This document shows, in pieces, positions 18,309 through 29,445 of a stretch of DNA of 64,000 nucleotides. Each line of letters starts with the position of its first letter. Position 1 is the first letter of the stretch. The notes below the pieces were generated by a model that made no database searches, was not told the DNA's origin, and saw only the letters and a list, made by a program, of their open reading frames with translations. The translations under genes were made by a program, and so were the position numbers. The stretch lies in NCBI GenBank assembly GCA_001189095.1, contig LFCK01000002.1:1937-65936 (forward strand), read 5' to 3'. Source of the stretch: Parcubacteria bacterium C7867-001. GTDB taxonomy: Bacteria; Patescibacteriota; Minisyncoccia; Phycocordibacterales; Phycocordibacteraceae.

Positions 18309-19361
18309 TTACACCGCGGTTTGCGCGCGCTTGCCGCGATCAAGGTCGTCTATGAATTCACGGAGTGCGGCAGCAAGCGGAACGGAGAGGAGAACACCGA
18401 GGAATCCCGCGAGTGTGCCACCGGCGATAAGCGCGAGAATGACGAGGAGCGGCGGGATGCCCACCACCTTATTCACCACGAGCGGATAGAGGAGGTTCGC
18501 TTCAAACTGGTTCACGATGAAATACCAGCCTGCAACAAGAAGACCGAGCGTGAGGCCGCCCGAGGAAAGGGCGATGATAACCGCAAGTACGCCAGCAAAG
18601 GGCGAACCGAAGATCGGAATGAGATCGAAAATAGCTGCGAGAACCGCGAGAAGCAACGCGTACGGAACACCAAGAATAAGAAGTCCGAGGTAGACGAGTA
18701 CGCCCACGAGGAGCGAAAGGATGAGCTGGCCCTGCATCCAGAGACCGATTTTACGCTTCGCACGCTGCCATAGGTCGACGACATACTCCTCGTGCCTTTG
18801 CGGCGTAACGAGTCGTAGGAAGTCGTCGACACCGGTGTCGCGAATCGCGAAATAGAACGAGAGCACGATGACAAGCATGAGCGAGAACAAGCCCCCGAAG
18901 AATGAGGAGATGACACGAACGGCGCCCGACGGATCACCAAATGCTGACTGGAACGCGAACAGCATGTCGATGAGCGACTGGCCTTGGCTTTGTGTTTCCG
19001 AAAGAAGCGGAGTTACTGCTGGATCAAGTGAATGAGGAAGATCGAGCGTTTCAAGATACTGCGGGAGACCGGTCACGAAGCCTCGAGCGTCATCGACGAT
19101 AGGCGGGAACATGAAATACACGACGCTGAAGAGCGACCCGAACACCACGACATACATGAGCAGCACCGCGAACACGCGCGGAAGCTTATAGCGCATGATG
19201 CCAGCGACACCCGGCTCGATAGCGGAAGCGAGGACGATGGCAGTGATCACCAGAAGGGCCATGTCGCGCAGCGCCCAGAGCGCTGCTGCGACTGAGACAA
19301 TGACCAGAATCCGGATCATTGTGCCGGTCGTAATGGAGATGGTGGTGACGGGCTTTTCCAT
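18309..19361 (-). CDS. AI-2E family transporter (PerM/YdiK-like)
   Basis: 350 aa, 7-8 TM helices, conserved C-terminal PLAAALREF-like motif. Confidence 0.8.
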   Translation of the reverse strand: MEKPVTTISITTGTMIRILVIVSVAAALWALRDMALLVITAIVLASAIEPGVAGIMRYKLPRVFAVLLMYVVVFGSLFSVVYFMFPPIVDDARGFVTGLPQYLETLDLPHSLDPAVTPLLSETQSQGQSLIDMLFAFQSAFGDPSGAVRVISSFFGGLFSLMLVIVLSFYFAIRDTGVDDFLRLVTPQRHEEYVVDLWQRAKRKIGLWMQGQLILSLLVGVLVYLGLLILGVPYALLLAVLAAIFDLIPIFGSPFAGVLAVIIALSSGGLTLGLLVAGWYFIVNQFEANLLYPLVVNKVVGIPPLLVILALIAGGTLAGFLGVLLSVPLAAALREFIDDLDRGKRAQTAV

Positions 19362-19406
19362 AGCTGGATACTAGCATACAGCGGCGGATTTCTCCGCCGC
19401 TGCGTG

Positions 19407-19871
19407 TTATGCCCTTTCTTGATAGAGAACGAGCTCTTCGCGGAGCTTCATCCAGATCTTGCCGAGCATATTCTGCCCTTTTTGATCTGGACCCCAGCCC
19501 CAGAACGAATCCTTGTGGGAATCCTCAATGATTTCCCGCGTGCCCGTCTCAAGGAGACGCCGACGAATGAATTCGTGTTGCTGCAACTTGGCGCGGCAGA
19601 TCTCTTCCATAACAGTAATCTTGATAGATTCCCAGTCCTCGCGCTTGTATTGCTCATTTGCATGAGCGATCAGTTTTGCGTCATGTGCCGATCGCGCTTG
19701 CTGAATGATGCGCTTGAGGTGCGGACTCGAGAACTTCGCCGCTTGATAGGCGTGCTCGGACGTCATCCAGAGCTCGTCGCGCCATTCAACGGCGAACGAC
19801 GCAAAATTCGAAAAGCAATAGAACCGCCGCTCGTAGAAGAGCACTGGCTCGAGAACAGTATCCGACATCAA
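19407..19871 (-). CDS. NADAR domain protein (YbiA-like N-glycosidase, DUF1768)
   Basis: FYxxxxxxxCFSNF...W.TSEHAYQAAKF hallmark. Confidence 0.8.
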   Translation of the reverse strand: MMSDTVLEPVLFYERRFYCFSNFASFAVEWRDELWMTSEHAYQAAKFSSPHLKRIIQQARSAHDAKLIAHANEQYKREDWESIKITVMEEICRAKLQQHEFIRRRLLETGTREIIEDSHKDSFWGWGPDQKGQNMLGKIWMKLREELVLYQERA

Positions 19872-19919
19872 GAGTCTCCTTCTTCTGCCGAAGATACTAC
19901 TCGAAGGAGGGGTGAAAAG

Positions 19920-21239
19920 CTATGCGCGCAGACTATCCGCAAGTTCCGAAATCGGAACACGCTTCTGCTCGCCGGTGTCGCGGTCGCGAAGCGTCACGGT
20001 GTCCGTATGTTCTGGATTCTCACCGAGTGTGTCGAAGTCAATGGTGATGCAGGCCGGCGTACCGATTTCATCCTGTCGTCGATACCGCTTTCCAATGTTG
20101 CCGTTGTCGTCGAAGATAACCGAGACACCCGCCTTTTTAAGTATTGAAAAGACTTCGCGTGCTTTCTCGACGAGTTCTGGCTTATTCTTCAAAAGCGGAA
20201 AGACTGCTGCGCGGTACGGCGCAACGCTCGGTGAAAGCGCGAGGTACACACGCTTCTCGCCTCCAAGCTCATCCTCACGGTACGCCGATGCAAGAATTGC
20301 GAGCACGGTACGGTCGACACCGAGAGATGGCTCGATGACGTGCGGCACGATGCGCTCCTTGGTTTCTTCATCGAAATATGAGAGTTCGACACCCGACGCT
20401 TCTGCGTGGCGGGAGAGGTCGAAGTCGGTGCGATACGCAAGACCCCAGAGTTCTTTGCGGCCGAACGGATAGTCGAATTCGAAATCTATGGTGCGCTTGG
20501 AGTAGTGAGCGCGATCCCCATCGGCAACCTCGAGCTCGTGAACGCGCTCCTTGGTGAGACCAACCGCCGCAGCGAATGCGTGCATAGTCCCCTGCCATTC
20601 AGTGAACGCAGCTGCCCACGCCTCAGGCTTTACGAAATACTCCACCTCCATCTGCTCGAGCTCACGCAGGCGGAAGATGAAATCGCGCGGAGCTATTTCA
20701 TTTCTAAAAGCCTTTCCTATCTGCGCGATGCCGAACGGAAGCTTCGGGTGGAAGGAGTCGATGACGTTCTTGAAGTTCACGAAGATGCCACCGGCCGTCT
20801 CAGGACGAAGGTATGTTGCCGATGACTCATCTTCAGTAGCACCCACATTCGTGCGGAACATCATATTGAACTGGCGCGAAGGGCCGAGTGATCCTCCGCA
20901 ATTTGGACAAATGCCAGACTCATCAAGATGATCGGCACGGAAACGGCGCTTACACTTGGTGCACTCGACCAGCGGATCAGAGAAGCCGGAAACGTGTCCT
21001 GAAGCTTCCCATGCTTTCGGATTCATAAGAATGGCCGCATCGACGCCATACATGTCCTCGCGATCAGTAACGAACATCTTCCACCAGAGGTTCTTCACGT
21101 TCTGCTTGAGGGCGACGCCGAGCGGTCCATAGTCGAAGGTACCCGCGAGGCCGCCATAAATCTCCGAGCCGGGGTATACGAAACCGCGACGCTTAGCGAG
21201 CGAGACGATGTTCTCCATGAGGTTCGATTCCGAAGCCAT
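19920..21239 (-). CDS. glyQS: Glycyl-tRNA synthetase, alpha2 dimeric type
   Basis: Class II aaRS motifs, zinc-binding CTKCKRRFRADH...CPNCGG insertion; start refined to MASESNLMENIVSLAKRRGFVYPGSEIYGG. Confidence 0.92.
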   Translation of the reverse strand: MASESNLMENIVSLAKRRGFVYPGSEIYGGLAGTFDYGPLGVALKQNVKNLWWKMFVTDREDMYGVDAAILMNPKAWEASGHVSGFSDPLVECTKCKRRFRADHLDESGICPNCGGSLGPSRQFNMMFRTNVGATEDESSATYLRPETAGGIFVNFKNVIDSFHPKLPFGIAQIGKAFRNEIAPRDFIFRLRELEQMEVEYFVKPEAWAAAFTEWQGTMHAFAAAVGLTKERVHELEVADGDRAHYSKRTIDFEFDYPFGRKELWGLAYRTDFDLSRHAEASGVELSYFDEETKERIVPHVIEPSLGVDRTVLAILASAYREDELGGEKRVYLALSPSVAPYRAAVFPLLKNKPELVEKAREVFSILKKAGVSVIFDDNGNIGKRYRRQDEIGTPACITIDFDTLGENPEHTDTVTLRDRDTGEQKRVPISELADSLRA

Positions 21240-21243
21240 AATC

Positions 21244-23121
21244 CTACTGTTGTACCTCACCCTTGGAGAATTGGTAAGCGGGGTCGGTTTCGGTGCGCGT
21301 ATCGAGCGGGTCCGCATCGCTCTGCACCTGCTTACCTATGAAGCGATCGAAGCCCGAGAGCGTCTGCTTCCCTACCAAGACCGGCGAGATACCGCGCTGG
21401 GAAAGACTTGGAGTAAGCGCAACTTGGAAGGCTGCCTCACGGGACGTTCCTGCAGCCACATCTCCCAAATCCCACGTCACCACGCGGGAATTCTCGTTAT
21501 ACGTCACCGAACCGTTCGTTTTTCCGGTAAAGCGCACGTAGGAAGGCAGTGTCATCGTTGCCGTGCCTTCAGCAACTGAGTTCACGCTGTTGGTCGCAGA
21601 CAAGATGATGGTGTAGGTCGACTCTTTATCAGCGACCGGAGGCCATGGACCGGTGTTTACGAAAGGACCTACGGTCTTTACGACGCGCGAGGAAAGAAGG
21701 AAGTCAGTCGCGACCTTTAGGGTGCGCGTGATGGTTGAATTGACCGACGTCGGTACACCGGTCTCCCCTACTCGTTGGCCTGAGACTGAAACCGAAAGAT
21801 TGATGACTGGATTTCTAAGTGACGCGAGCGCACTGCCGGTCTTCGTCATGAGTGAGAACGAGCCGTTTCCAGTGTCCCCCGGCTGCAAGGAGCGAAGTCC
21901 CTGATCCTTATCGGAACTGAAGAGAATGCTTGTGTCGGACGAGCGATAAAAACCAGTTCCGCTCGTTATCTGTGCCGGATCGAGTGCCGAGCCTGAAAAC
22001 TTCACAATAATCTGAGCGTTCTTAATAGGCGTCGAGAGCGTGTTCTCCCACGAAAGGAGTCCTTGGATTGGCGTACCCCCTTGAACGATGAGAGGATCTG
22101 TTTCGTTTTGATTAATTGAGAGACGCGCAGCGAGGAAGGGCTTGCTTACCGTGAGCGGAACTTCCGCACTCGTATACGTGACGCCGAGCATCTGGCTCGT
22201 AATGCCGGGGGTACCGACATCAAAATGGAAGACGCGCTGTTCGTTGTCGGCTGCCGAGAGCGCTCCGGTGATGGTAATCTTGCGCTCTTCACCCGGCGCA
22301 AGCGTTCCAAGCACGAACACACTTCCTGTCTCCGGCTGCGGGTCTGCCTTAGTTACCGAGAATCCAAACGGATACGTTCCAATGAGTTCAACATTCTGGA
22401 GTGGCGTCGCAGAATTCGAACGCACCGTGATTGCAATAGTGAATGGCTGTGCCGACGAAACCTCCGAGAGCGTATTCACTGAGAGCCCCACCGGCGATGT
22501 GCCTATCGTAAGACTGTACTCGGTTTTCTTCTGGAAAATAGCTTTTGAGCCGTCGGTCTTGTATTCAAGCATAATCGGAATCACGACGCGCTGATTTTCA
22601 TTCCCGAAGAGCGTCGCACGAATGGTGCGTACGGCAGTCGCGCCCGCAGGAATGGTGCCAAGTGTATCGGCGTAATGCGAAAGCGGCGTGTTCTGTTCAT
22701 CACCCGAATAGGTCCCTTCCGGAAAATCGATCACGAGATTCGTATCGTTCATATCGACCGGATTGTTGTTCTTTATGGAAATGAGAAGCGGTATCGTATC
22801 GCCGCCCGCAGACGTCGTTGGCCCCTGCACCTTTATATCAATATGATCCGTCGAGACCGACCGACCGCCAGCGAACACAAGCCACGCAGCCACACCACAA
22901 GCGATAAGGAAGAAAACCGCCGCACCAATGAGGAAAATAGTTGAAGCGGCAATCTTCTTTTTTGGAGCAACTGGTACTGGCGCCGGTTCTTGCTGCCATC
23001 CGGTCGGTACCGAGGTGTCGCGGCGCGAAACAGTACGTTCGTTGAACGCTTCGGTTGGTGCCGGCGCATAGAGCCGTTTATTGAGCCGCTCAAGCGGGCT
23101 TCCTCCCTGCTCGCCTTCCAT
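21244..23121 (-). CDS. Large membrane-anchored extracellular protein with repeated beta-rich domains
   Basis: Pro-rich N-terminus, single TM helix, ~520 aa of S/T/V/N-rich repeat domains (DUF11/CARDB-like by composition). Confidence 0.55.
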   Translation of the reverse strand: MEGEQGGSPLERLNKRLYAPAPTEAFNERTVSRRDTSVPTGWQQEPAPVPVAPKKKIAASTIFLIGAAVFFLIACGVAAWLVFAGGRSVSTDHIDIKVQGPTTSAGGDTIPLLISIKNNNPVDMNDTNLVIDFPEGTYSGDEQNTPLSHYADTLGTIPAGATAVRTIRATLFGNENQRVVIPIMLEYKTDGSKAIFQKKTEYSLTIGTSPVGLSVNTLSEVSSAQPFTIAITVRSNSATPLQNVELIGTYPFGFSVTKADPQPETGSVFVLGTLAPGEERKITITGALSAADNEQRVFHFDVGTPGITSQMLGVTYTSAEVPLTVSKPFLAARLSINQNETDPLIVQGGTPIQGLLSWENTLSTPIKNAQIIVKFSGSALDPAQITSGTGFYRSSDTSILFSSDKDQGLRSLQPGDTGNGSFSLMTKTGSALASLRNPVINLSVSVSGQRVGETGVPTSVNSTITRTLKVATDFLLSSRVVKTVGPFVNTGPWPPVADKESTYTIILSATNSVNSVAEGTATMTLPSYVRFTGKTNGSVTYNENSRVVTWDLGDVAAGTSREAAFQVALTPSLSQRGISPVLVGKQTLSGFDRFIGKQVQSDADPLDTRTETDPAYQFSKGEVQQ

Positions 23122-23143
23122 ATTGGACTAGTATACCCCGCCG

Positions 23144-23704
23144 CTATAGACCGGATGCCGCGAGGCCGCGGTTGATACGCGAAACGATTGCGGAACGATC
23201 AGAAACAATCGCCGAAAGCGACTCGGGAACGAACTCAGTCGATGGAATCTCTCCGGCATCAAGACCCAGAATGCGCACAATGCGCAGCGCAACGAGACAC
23301 TCAGCAGCATCTTGCTCAGTCTCGCTAAGCGAGGGCAGCGCCGCGAGAAACGAAGCGAACGCGCCATAGAGCGCGATGTCCCCCGCTTCTCCATGCACGA
23401 GCCGCTGGATGAGGGAGGCGATACGTCCGGCGCGCAAACGCGCCGACCGCGAAAGCTGCCTAAACCAGTTCGTGCCGAGCACTGCGTTCGGAATCCTCCA
23501 CCCCTCTTTGCCGCGAACGAGCATGAGATCCGATTCGCAGAGTGTCTGGAGCGCTGACGAGAGCTTAGCCGAAGGAGTACGAACACCTTGCACGCGGGCG
23601 CGAATGAGCCCGAATTCGGGCGTGAGAATCGTAACGAGGAGTGACGCTTCCGCGAGCGGTATGCGAGAAAGGACAATGCCCGTCGTTACGTATTTATGGC
23701 GCAT
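23144..23704 (-). CDS. recO: DNA repair protein RecO
   Basis: [34 protein letters not shown]... OB-fold N-terminus. Confidence 0.8.
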   Translation of the reverse strand: MRHKYVTTGIVLSRIPLAEASLLVTILTPEFGLIRARVQGVRTPSAKLSSALQTLCESDLMLVRGKEGWRIPNAVLGTNWFRQLSRSARLRAGRIASLIQRLVHGEAGDIALYGAFASFLAALPSLSETEQDAAECLVALRIVRILGLDAGEIPSTEFVPESLSAIVSDRSAIVSRINRGLAASGL

Positions 23705-26700
23705 GCTTCTTTAACGAGAATGCAACGGTGCCCGTCGAAAGCTCTGCTTTATGCGGACCTTCACCACGAACCGCTTCGACCGAATCCTTCGGCGAGAATC
23801 CTTCAGTCTTGCGCGCCTCGGCAACCGCACGGAGGAATGCTCGCTCATCCCCTTCCGCAACAAGCTCGGGAGTGAGATTCGTATCGAGCGAAATTTCGGA
23901 AGCATTCGGGAGTATCTTCTTTACATTCACTTCATCCGCGAGAATGGCTGCGAGCTCATCTGGAAGTCTGTCCGGAATCGAAAGCGACGCGAGCGGCTGA
24001 CGCACAATGACGCCGGCCTTCTGACGGAGCTTGAGCGCTTCGGAAGCGCGCGCCCGAACGAGACTCATCGCCTCAATAAGAGCTGGGTTCCTGTTACCAC
24101 CGATAATGCTTGAGAACGTGAACGGAAGGATCTGCACCGGCCAATTCGCGAGATGCACGCTTTCCGGATCATGCTCCGTACGCACGGTCTGGAATACCTC
24201 TTCCGCGAGAAACGGCGCGAACGGCGCAAGCATGAGCGCAGATACTCGAAGGGTCTCGCGGAGCGTTCGCAAAGCGGCAACATCGCCATCGCGCGCACGA
24301 TCGCGAACACGGCGGACGTACCACTGCGAAAGGTCCTCGAAGAGGCCTGCGAGTGTACGCGACGCTTCGTACAGCTTGTACGCGTCGAGGTGCTTCGTAA
24401 CAAGCATGAGCGTTTCGTTGGTGCGTTCTCGCATCCACTTATCGATAACCTCTTCCTTCCCTCCTTGGAGCGATTCGGTTTTGAATAGTTCGTAAAACTT
24501 TGCGCTGTTATCGAGCCATGAAAGCACGCGCGCCGTTTCCTTCACCGTTTTCGGATCGAAGTTCTTTGAATCGCCCGGCTGGTTCACATAGTACATCCAG
24601 TAGCGCAACGTATCGGCGCCGTATTCATCCATTGCCGAGAACGGTTCGATGACATTTCCTTTTGATTTACTCATCTTCTTTCCTTCCGCGTCGAGGAGAT
24701 GACCAAGGGAGACGACATTTTTGTACGGAGCGCCGCGACCCATAAGCGTTCCCACAGCAAGCAGCGTGTAGAACCACCCACGCGTTTGGTCTATCGCTTC
24801 TGAAATGTAGTCAGCGGGATACACGACATTTTTGGGATCCTGCGCGAACGGCATAGCGCCCGAGTCGAACCAGACATCCATAACTTCGGGTGTGCGGCGC
24901 AGTTCGGCTCCTGAATCACCGACAAGCACAACATCGTCAATGTACGGACGATGGAGATCGAGTTCGTAGTTATCGTTATGCGGGAGCGGAACAAATGGGA
25001 GTTCAACTGGTTCGGCATGCTTAGTGTCCATTGCGTCAATGCGTCGCTTTGCTTGGTCACTCGTAAGCCCCTCAGTGACCGCAGTCATTGATTCGACACC
25101 CACACCGTGGGTGATGATGAGAATAACTTCGTTTGAGTATGTTGCCTCAAGCTCGTAGAGAAATTCACCAAACCGCTGTTTGGCATCGAAATAACTTTCG
25201 CCGTTTGGCATTCGATCCGTGAACGAACTACCCTTACGCCACGCAAGAAATGTCTCGAACGGACCTCTATTTAAATCGCCGAACCGGAGCTCGCGCAGAC
25301 GATCGTCGTAGATAATATTCGATGCGTCGAGACCTAGGTTCTCCGTCATAATTTCCGCGGTTTGCCGCGTTCGTTCTATAGGAGACGCGAATATTTTCGT
25401 TGGGATTCCGGGCAGCTTCCCTGCGGCACTTTTCGCTTGCTCCTTCCCTGTTTCCGTAAGTCCGTACGTATCGTTGTCTGAGCAGAGAATATGCGCGACG
25501 TTGTTTTCCGCTTCTCCATGACGCACGACAATGTAGCGATTACCGCTCTTTTTGGTGCGCGACTTGAGTTCCTCGACCGAACCGGGGACGAACCGCTCCT
25601 TCTTGTCCGAGCTTTCCCACACCGGAAGCGGCGTGCCCCAATAGCGTTCGCGGCTTATCGCCCAATCCTTTACGTTTGCGAGCCATTCGCCCATGCGCCC
25701 TTCGCGCAAGTATGACGGTTCCCAATTCACCGACTGGTTCGACGCGAGGAGCTTTTCTTTGAGATCCGTCATACGGACATACCACGAGTCACGCGCGTAA
25801 TAGATGAGACGGTTCTTGCTGCGCCAGCAGTGCGGATAGGAGTGCGTGTAGCTTTCCTTCGCGAAATAGTTGCCGCGTTCCTGCAGATCTTTCAGGACTT
25901 CTATGTTCGTTTCCGCATCAATCACCGACTTTCCTTCGAGGAAGCCTGTCCCCCTGAGGAAGCGGCCATCGGGTCCGATAAGATGCACTTTCGGAAGTCC
26001 TATTTTCTGCCCGAGCTCAAAATCGTCCTGACCATACATGACGGCGGTATGCACGACGCCCGTACCGTCTTCGGTCGTAACAAAATCAGCTGCGTGCACT
26101 TTGTACGCATTCTCAAACTTCGATTTTTCGCTTTCTGCCGCAAGCTCTTTCGCAAATGAATAGAGTGGCTTGTATACCTTTCCGACCAACTCGCTCCCCT
26201 GCACATCCTTTTCTTTGGTCCACCCTTCACCAAGTTTTGCAGCCAGTGCATTCGCGATGACTACGCGTTCAGCGTCCTTACTATAGACTCCGTATGTAAT
26301 ATTTTTTCCTACCGCGAGCGCGACATTTCCCGGAAGCGTCCATGGCGTCGTCGTCCACGCAAGAATATAGGTGTTTGGTTCGTCGACAAGCTCGAACTTC
26401 GCGGTGAGTGAGAGGTCCTTCACGTCTTCGTATCCTTGCGCGAGTTCGTGACTTGAAAGCGCTGTTCCGCAAACCACACACCACGGCACCACTTTAAAAT
26501 CCTTGTAGAGTCGGTCATCATCGTTAATCTTTTTAACGACGCCAAAGAGCGCTTCCATGTAGGAAACGTCGAACGTGAAGTATGCCTGCGTACGATCGAC
26601 CCAATAGCCGATGCGCTCGGTGAATTTATCCCAGAGGTCGATGTAGGAAAGCACGCTCTCGCGGCATTTTGCATTGAACGCAGCAACACCGTACTTCTCT

Positions 26701-27020
26701 ATCTCCGGCTTTCCAGAAAATCCGAGCTGTTTCTCTACCTCGAGCTCGACCGGAAGACCATGCGTGTCCCAGCCTGCTTTGCGCGGAACGTGATAGCCGC
26801 GCATCGTCTTATAGCGCGGAATAGCGTCTTTGAAGGCTCGTGCCTCAAGGTGATGGATACCGGGTTTTCCGTTCGCGGTCGGAGGACCTTCAAAAAATAC
26901 GAAGTTCCCTTTCGGCGCCTTCTTGGCGAGCGTTTTCTCGAAAATCTTCTGCTCCTTCCAGAAAGCGAGGACCTTCTCTTCGCGCGTCGCCGCGTCCGAT
27001 TTCTGCACTGGTTCGGCCAT
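23694..27020 (-). CDS. ileS: Isoleucyl-tRNA synthetase with an internal histidine-phosphatase (PGAM-like) domain insertion
   Basis: HIGH region ([20 protein letters not shown]), CP1 editing domain, KMSKSKGN, anticodon-binding tail. Residues ~494-680 (nt ~24981..25541) carry [25 protein letters not shown] and ITHGVG, the catalytic signature of the histidine phosphatase superfamily, in place of the usual CxxC zinc-ribbon segment between PLPVW and LHRPYID. Confidence 0.9.
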   Translation of the reverse strand: MAEPVQKSDAATREEKVLAFWKEQKIFEKTLAKKAPKGNFVFFEGPPTANGKPGIHHLEARAFKDAIPRYKTMRGYHVPRKAGWDTHGLPVELEVEKQLGFSGKPEIEKYGVAAFNAKCRESVLSYIDLWDKFTERIGYWVDRTQAYFTFDVSYMEALFGVVKKINDDDRLYKDFKVVPWCVVCGTALSSHELAQGYEDVKDLSLTAKFELVDEPNTYILAWTTTPWTLPGNVALAVGKNITYGVYSKDAERVVIANALAAKLGEGWTKEKDVQGSELVGKVYKPLYSFAKELAAESEKSKFENAYKVHAADFVTTEDGTGVVHTAVMYGQDDFELGQKIGLPKVHLIGPDGRFLRGTGFLEGKSVIDAETNIEVLKDLQERGNYFAKESYTHSYPHCWRSKNRLIYYARDSWYVRMTDLKEKLLASNQSVNWEPSYLREGRMGEWLANVKDWAISRERYWGTPLPVWESSDKKERFVPGSVEELKSRTKKSGNRYIVVRHGEAENNVAHILCSDNDTYGLTETGKEQAKSAAGKLPGIPTKIFASPIERTRQTAEIMTENLGLDASNIIYDDRLRELRFGDLNRGPFETFLAWRKGSSFTDRMPNGESYFDAKQRFGEFLYELEATYSNEVILIITHGVGVESMTAVTEGLTSDQAKRRIDAMDTKHAEPVELPFVPLPHNDNYELDLHRPYIDDVVLVGDSGAELRRTPEVMDVWFDSGAMPFAQDPKNVVYPADYISEAIDQTRGWFYTLLAVGTLMGRGAPYKNVVSLGHLLDAEGKKMSKSKGNVIEPFSAMDEYGADTLRYWMYYVNQPGDSKNFDPKTVKETARVLSWLDNSAKFYELFKTESLQGGKEEVIDKWMRERTNETLMLVTKHLDAYKLYEASRTLAGLFEDLSQWYVRRVRDRARDGDVAALRTLRETLRVSALMLAPFAPFLAEEVFQTVRTEHDPESVHLANWPVQILPFTFSSIIGGNRNPALIEAMSLVRARASEALKLRQKAGVIVRQPLASLSIPDRLPDELAAILADEVNVKKILPNASEISLDTNLTPELVAEGDERAFLRAVAEARKTEGFSPKDSVEAVRGEGPHKAELSTGTVAFSLKKHAP

Positions 27021-27046
27021 AATTACTTATCCTATCGTTTGCGTCA

Positions 27047-27082
27047 TGAAAAAGAAACAACCGGCGCGTTTGCGCCGGTTGG
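27047..27082 (-). terminator. rho-independent terminator (caaccggcgcgtttgcgccggttg plus T-run on minus strand)
   Basis: 3' of gene 27119..27388, upstream of ileS. Confidence 0.55.
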
Positions 27083-27118
27083 GTGGTTTTTTTGCGATCG
27101 CGAGTCTAGTGAAGAGAC

Positions 27119-27388
27119 TCAGGCGGCCGCTTCGGAGAGTTCGAGAACGCCGAGCACATAGTGCCGGACGTGGTGCGGAATGAGCGGGGTTCTGCCCGTC
27201 TTCGCTTCGCGCGACCACTTGAATCGTGAGATGTTGTCCTCCCATAATTCGTGTTTGAATTCACGCCTTCCTTCAGCTGCGGTCTTCGCTTTCGCGAAGA
27301 GGCACTCGACAGAGCAATTGAGTTTCTTGCGGGCTGCCTCCATCATCTGGAGCCATTCCCAGCCAGTTCCCTGCTCTACTGAAAGCAT
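27119..27388 (-). CDS. Small hypothetical protein (89 aa)
   Basis: ORF track 27119..27481 begins with GTG; internal ATG (MLSVEQGTGWEW...) has GGAGG RBS. Confidence 0.45.
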   Translation of the reverse strand: MLSVEQGTGWEWLQMMEAARKKLNCSVECLFAKAKTAAEGRREFKHELWEDNISRFKWSREAKTGRTPLIPHHVRHYVLGVLELSEAAA

Positions 27389-27535
27389 GTACGCCTCCGT
27401 TATATGTACCCCTGCAGAATGCACGGGTCCAGTCGCGAAGCGTAACGTGAAGCGTTCATGAACGCAAGCAAGGTTATGCACGCATGAAAAACCGCCGCAC
27501 CAAAGGTGCGGCGGCGAATCACGTACGGAGCAGCG

Positions 27536-27718
27536 TTACTGCTCCTGTGCTTTTCGAGCGAATTCACTTGGTTCGATAGGCGCATCCGGATCCCGTACAG
27601 GGTGACGTGCTTCGAACATCATGCGGTCGAAATCTTGTCGCGGGGACTTTCCTTGTTTCCAACTATCGAACGTCGAGGGCGGTAGATCCACCTTCGGTGG
27701 CGTCGATTCTTCAGTCAT
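27536..27718 (-). CDS. Small hypothetical protein (60 aa)
   Basis: Start refined to MTEESTPPKV with ACGGAGT RBS; own hairpin terminator at ~27486..27514. Confidence 0.4.
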   Translation of the reverse strand: MTEESTPPKVDLPPSTFDSWKQGKSPRQDFDRMMFEARHPVRDPDAPIEPSEFARKAQEQ

Positions 27719-27808
27719 GAATGTACTCCGTGTGTATCGTGTATATGACGATCCACCTGTTCCCAATCTTGTAGACGGGCTGTGGTGTCTCGTATTACTT
27801 CACTAGAT

Positions 27809-29443
27809 TTACATTCGTTCTGGCGCGGGTATCCCAAGGAGCGTAAGTCCGTTGGTCATCGTCATCACAAATGCTTTCGCGACCCGCAGCTTATAACTCC
27901 TGTGACTACCGTCAAGGATGCGTTCTTTGGCATAAAAAGAATTCCACTCTCCCGCAAGCTGGGTGAGGTACTGCGCAATGTGGTGTGGAGCGCGTTCACG
28001 CTCGGCGCGAGCAGCGATTTCTGGAAAGCGCGCGATGAGTCGCTCGATGAGATACGGCGCATCTGGAGCATCTGTAACTTCAGATTCTTCCTTCGCCGCC
28101 GCAAGCACCGACTTTGCTCGCACGAGCGCGTACTGGAGATAGGGACCGGAGTCACCATCGAGTGAAAGCGACTTTTCAGCATCGTACACAATGCTTCCTC
28201 CTGCAGCCTGACGCAGAATCATATATTTCAGCGCCGCAACACCGACCTGCTGCGCAATCAAAGGATCTGCATTCTTTTCTCCTGCGCGCGTAATGACCTC
28301 CGACAAGAGACCGTTCGCGGTAATGGTGTTGCCGAGACGCGAAGACATCTTTCCGGTTGTAAGCGTCAAGAGACCATGAGAAATATGGCTCGTCTTTTCT
28401 GCGAGAAGTGGAGCGATTTCAGCAAGTGCTGCGAGGAATACTTTGAAGTGACCGACCTGCTCTGCACCTGTTTCGATAATGACTGCGTCGTTCGGTATGC
28501 GTTCTTCCTTATAAAAGGCGAGACCAACGTCTTTCGCTTCGTAGGTGGGAGTTCCGCGGCTCGTAATGAACACGAGCGTATGGAGTCCTTTTTTCTCTCC
28601 CGGATAAATGACCGCTCCGTCGCTTTCGACAAAAACACCCTTGGCGAGCGCGTCTTTCACCACCTCCATACCTTGCGGCGTTACTTCGCTCTCAAAGAAG
28701 TAGTAATCGAACTTCGTTCCGAGCACGACATAGATCTCGCGGAATGCTTCGAGACACACTTCGCGACACTTGCGCCACAAATCCATGAGTGCTACGTCTT
28801 CGCCTTTATAAATTGCAACATTCAGTGCGTTGATCTCGGCTTTTGCGTTTTCACTTTCTTCATACGCTTTTGCGCCGTGCGCATACGCTTTGTCGACTTC
28901 GCTGGCATTCGCCACATCAGTCACACCATCCCGTTGCAGCGCCCAAAGCGCTTTTGCAACATGCGGACCAACATCGCCTCCGTACGAGTCGCGGATAACG
29001 GTGGCGCCCGAGTTTTCGATGATGCGCGAGACCGATTCGCCGATGACCGTACTCATCAGGTGTCCCACATGCATTTCTTTAAACGGATTCGGGCAGGAAT
29101 ATTCCACAACGATACGCTTTCCTTCATTCTGTATTCCCTTCCCCCACTCTTCCTTGATTGCTGCTTCCATCGCCTCAGCAACCGCTTTCGCTGAAAGCGT
29201 AATGTTGATAAACCCCGGACCAGCAACATCTACGCGCTGCGCAATTTCGCCAAGCGCCTCCCGAATCTTCGGCGCAAGCTCCGCGGCAAGCTCGCGTGGA
29301 TTCTTACCAAGCGATTTTGCTGCAGCGAGCGCCACGTTCGTAGCGTAATCACCATGCGAAGCGTCCGTCGGGGTTTCAACCGCAAACGCAACTTCTACAC
29401 CCCCAAGCGCTTTGTGTACGGCATTTCGTATAAGGTCTTCCAT
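27809..29443 (-). CDS. argS: Arginyl-tRNA synthetase
   Basis: N-terminal Arg-tRNA add-1 domain, HVGH variant (MHVGHLMSTVIGE), C-terminal DALK domain. Confidence 0.93.
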   Translation of the reverse strand: MEDLIRNAVHKALGGVEVAFAVETPTDASHGDYATNVALAAAKSLGKNPRELAAELAPKIREALGEIAQRVDVAGPGFINITLSAKAVAEAMEAAIKEEWGKGIQNEGKRIVVEYSCPNPFKEMHVGHLMSTVIGESVSRIIENSGATVIRDSYGGDVGPHVAKALWALQRDGVTDVANASEVDKAYAHGAKAYEESENAKAEINALNVAIYKGEDVALMDLWRKCREVCLEAFREIYVVLGTKFDYYFFESEVTPQGMEVVKDALAKGVFVESDGAVIYPGEKKGLHTLVFITSRGTPTYEAKDVGLAFYKEERIPNDAVIIETGAEQVGHFKVFLAALAEIAPLLAEKTSHISHGLLTLTTGKMSSRLGNTITANGLLSEVITRAGEKNADPLIAQQVGVAALKYMILRQAAGGSIVYDAEKSLSLDGDSGPYLQYALVRAKSVLAAAKEESEVTDAPDAPYLIERLIARFPEIAARAERERAPHHIAQYLTQLAGEWNSFYAKERILDGSHRSYKLRVAKAFVMTMTNGLTLLGIPAPERM

Positions 29444-29445
29444 AG

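Noticed and set aside
17811-18773. 320-aa plus-strand ORF
   Set aside because: Antisense to metG and the AI-2E transporter gene; no motifs
19404-20147. 247-aa plus-strand ORF
   Set aside because: Antisense to NADAR and glyQS genes
27021-27118. Possible T-box leader upstream of ileS (and likewise upstream of metG, argS, glyQS)
   Set aside because: Leaders are too short (about 100 nt or less) and lack a recognisable T-box/specifier-loop architecture; only simple terminator hairpins are present
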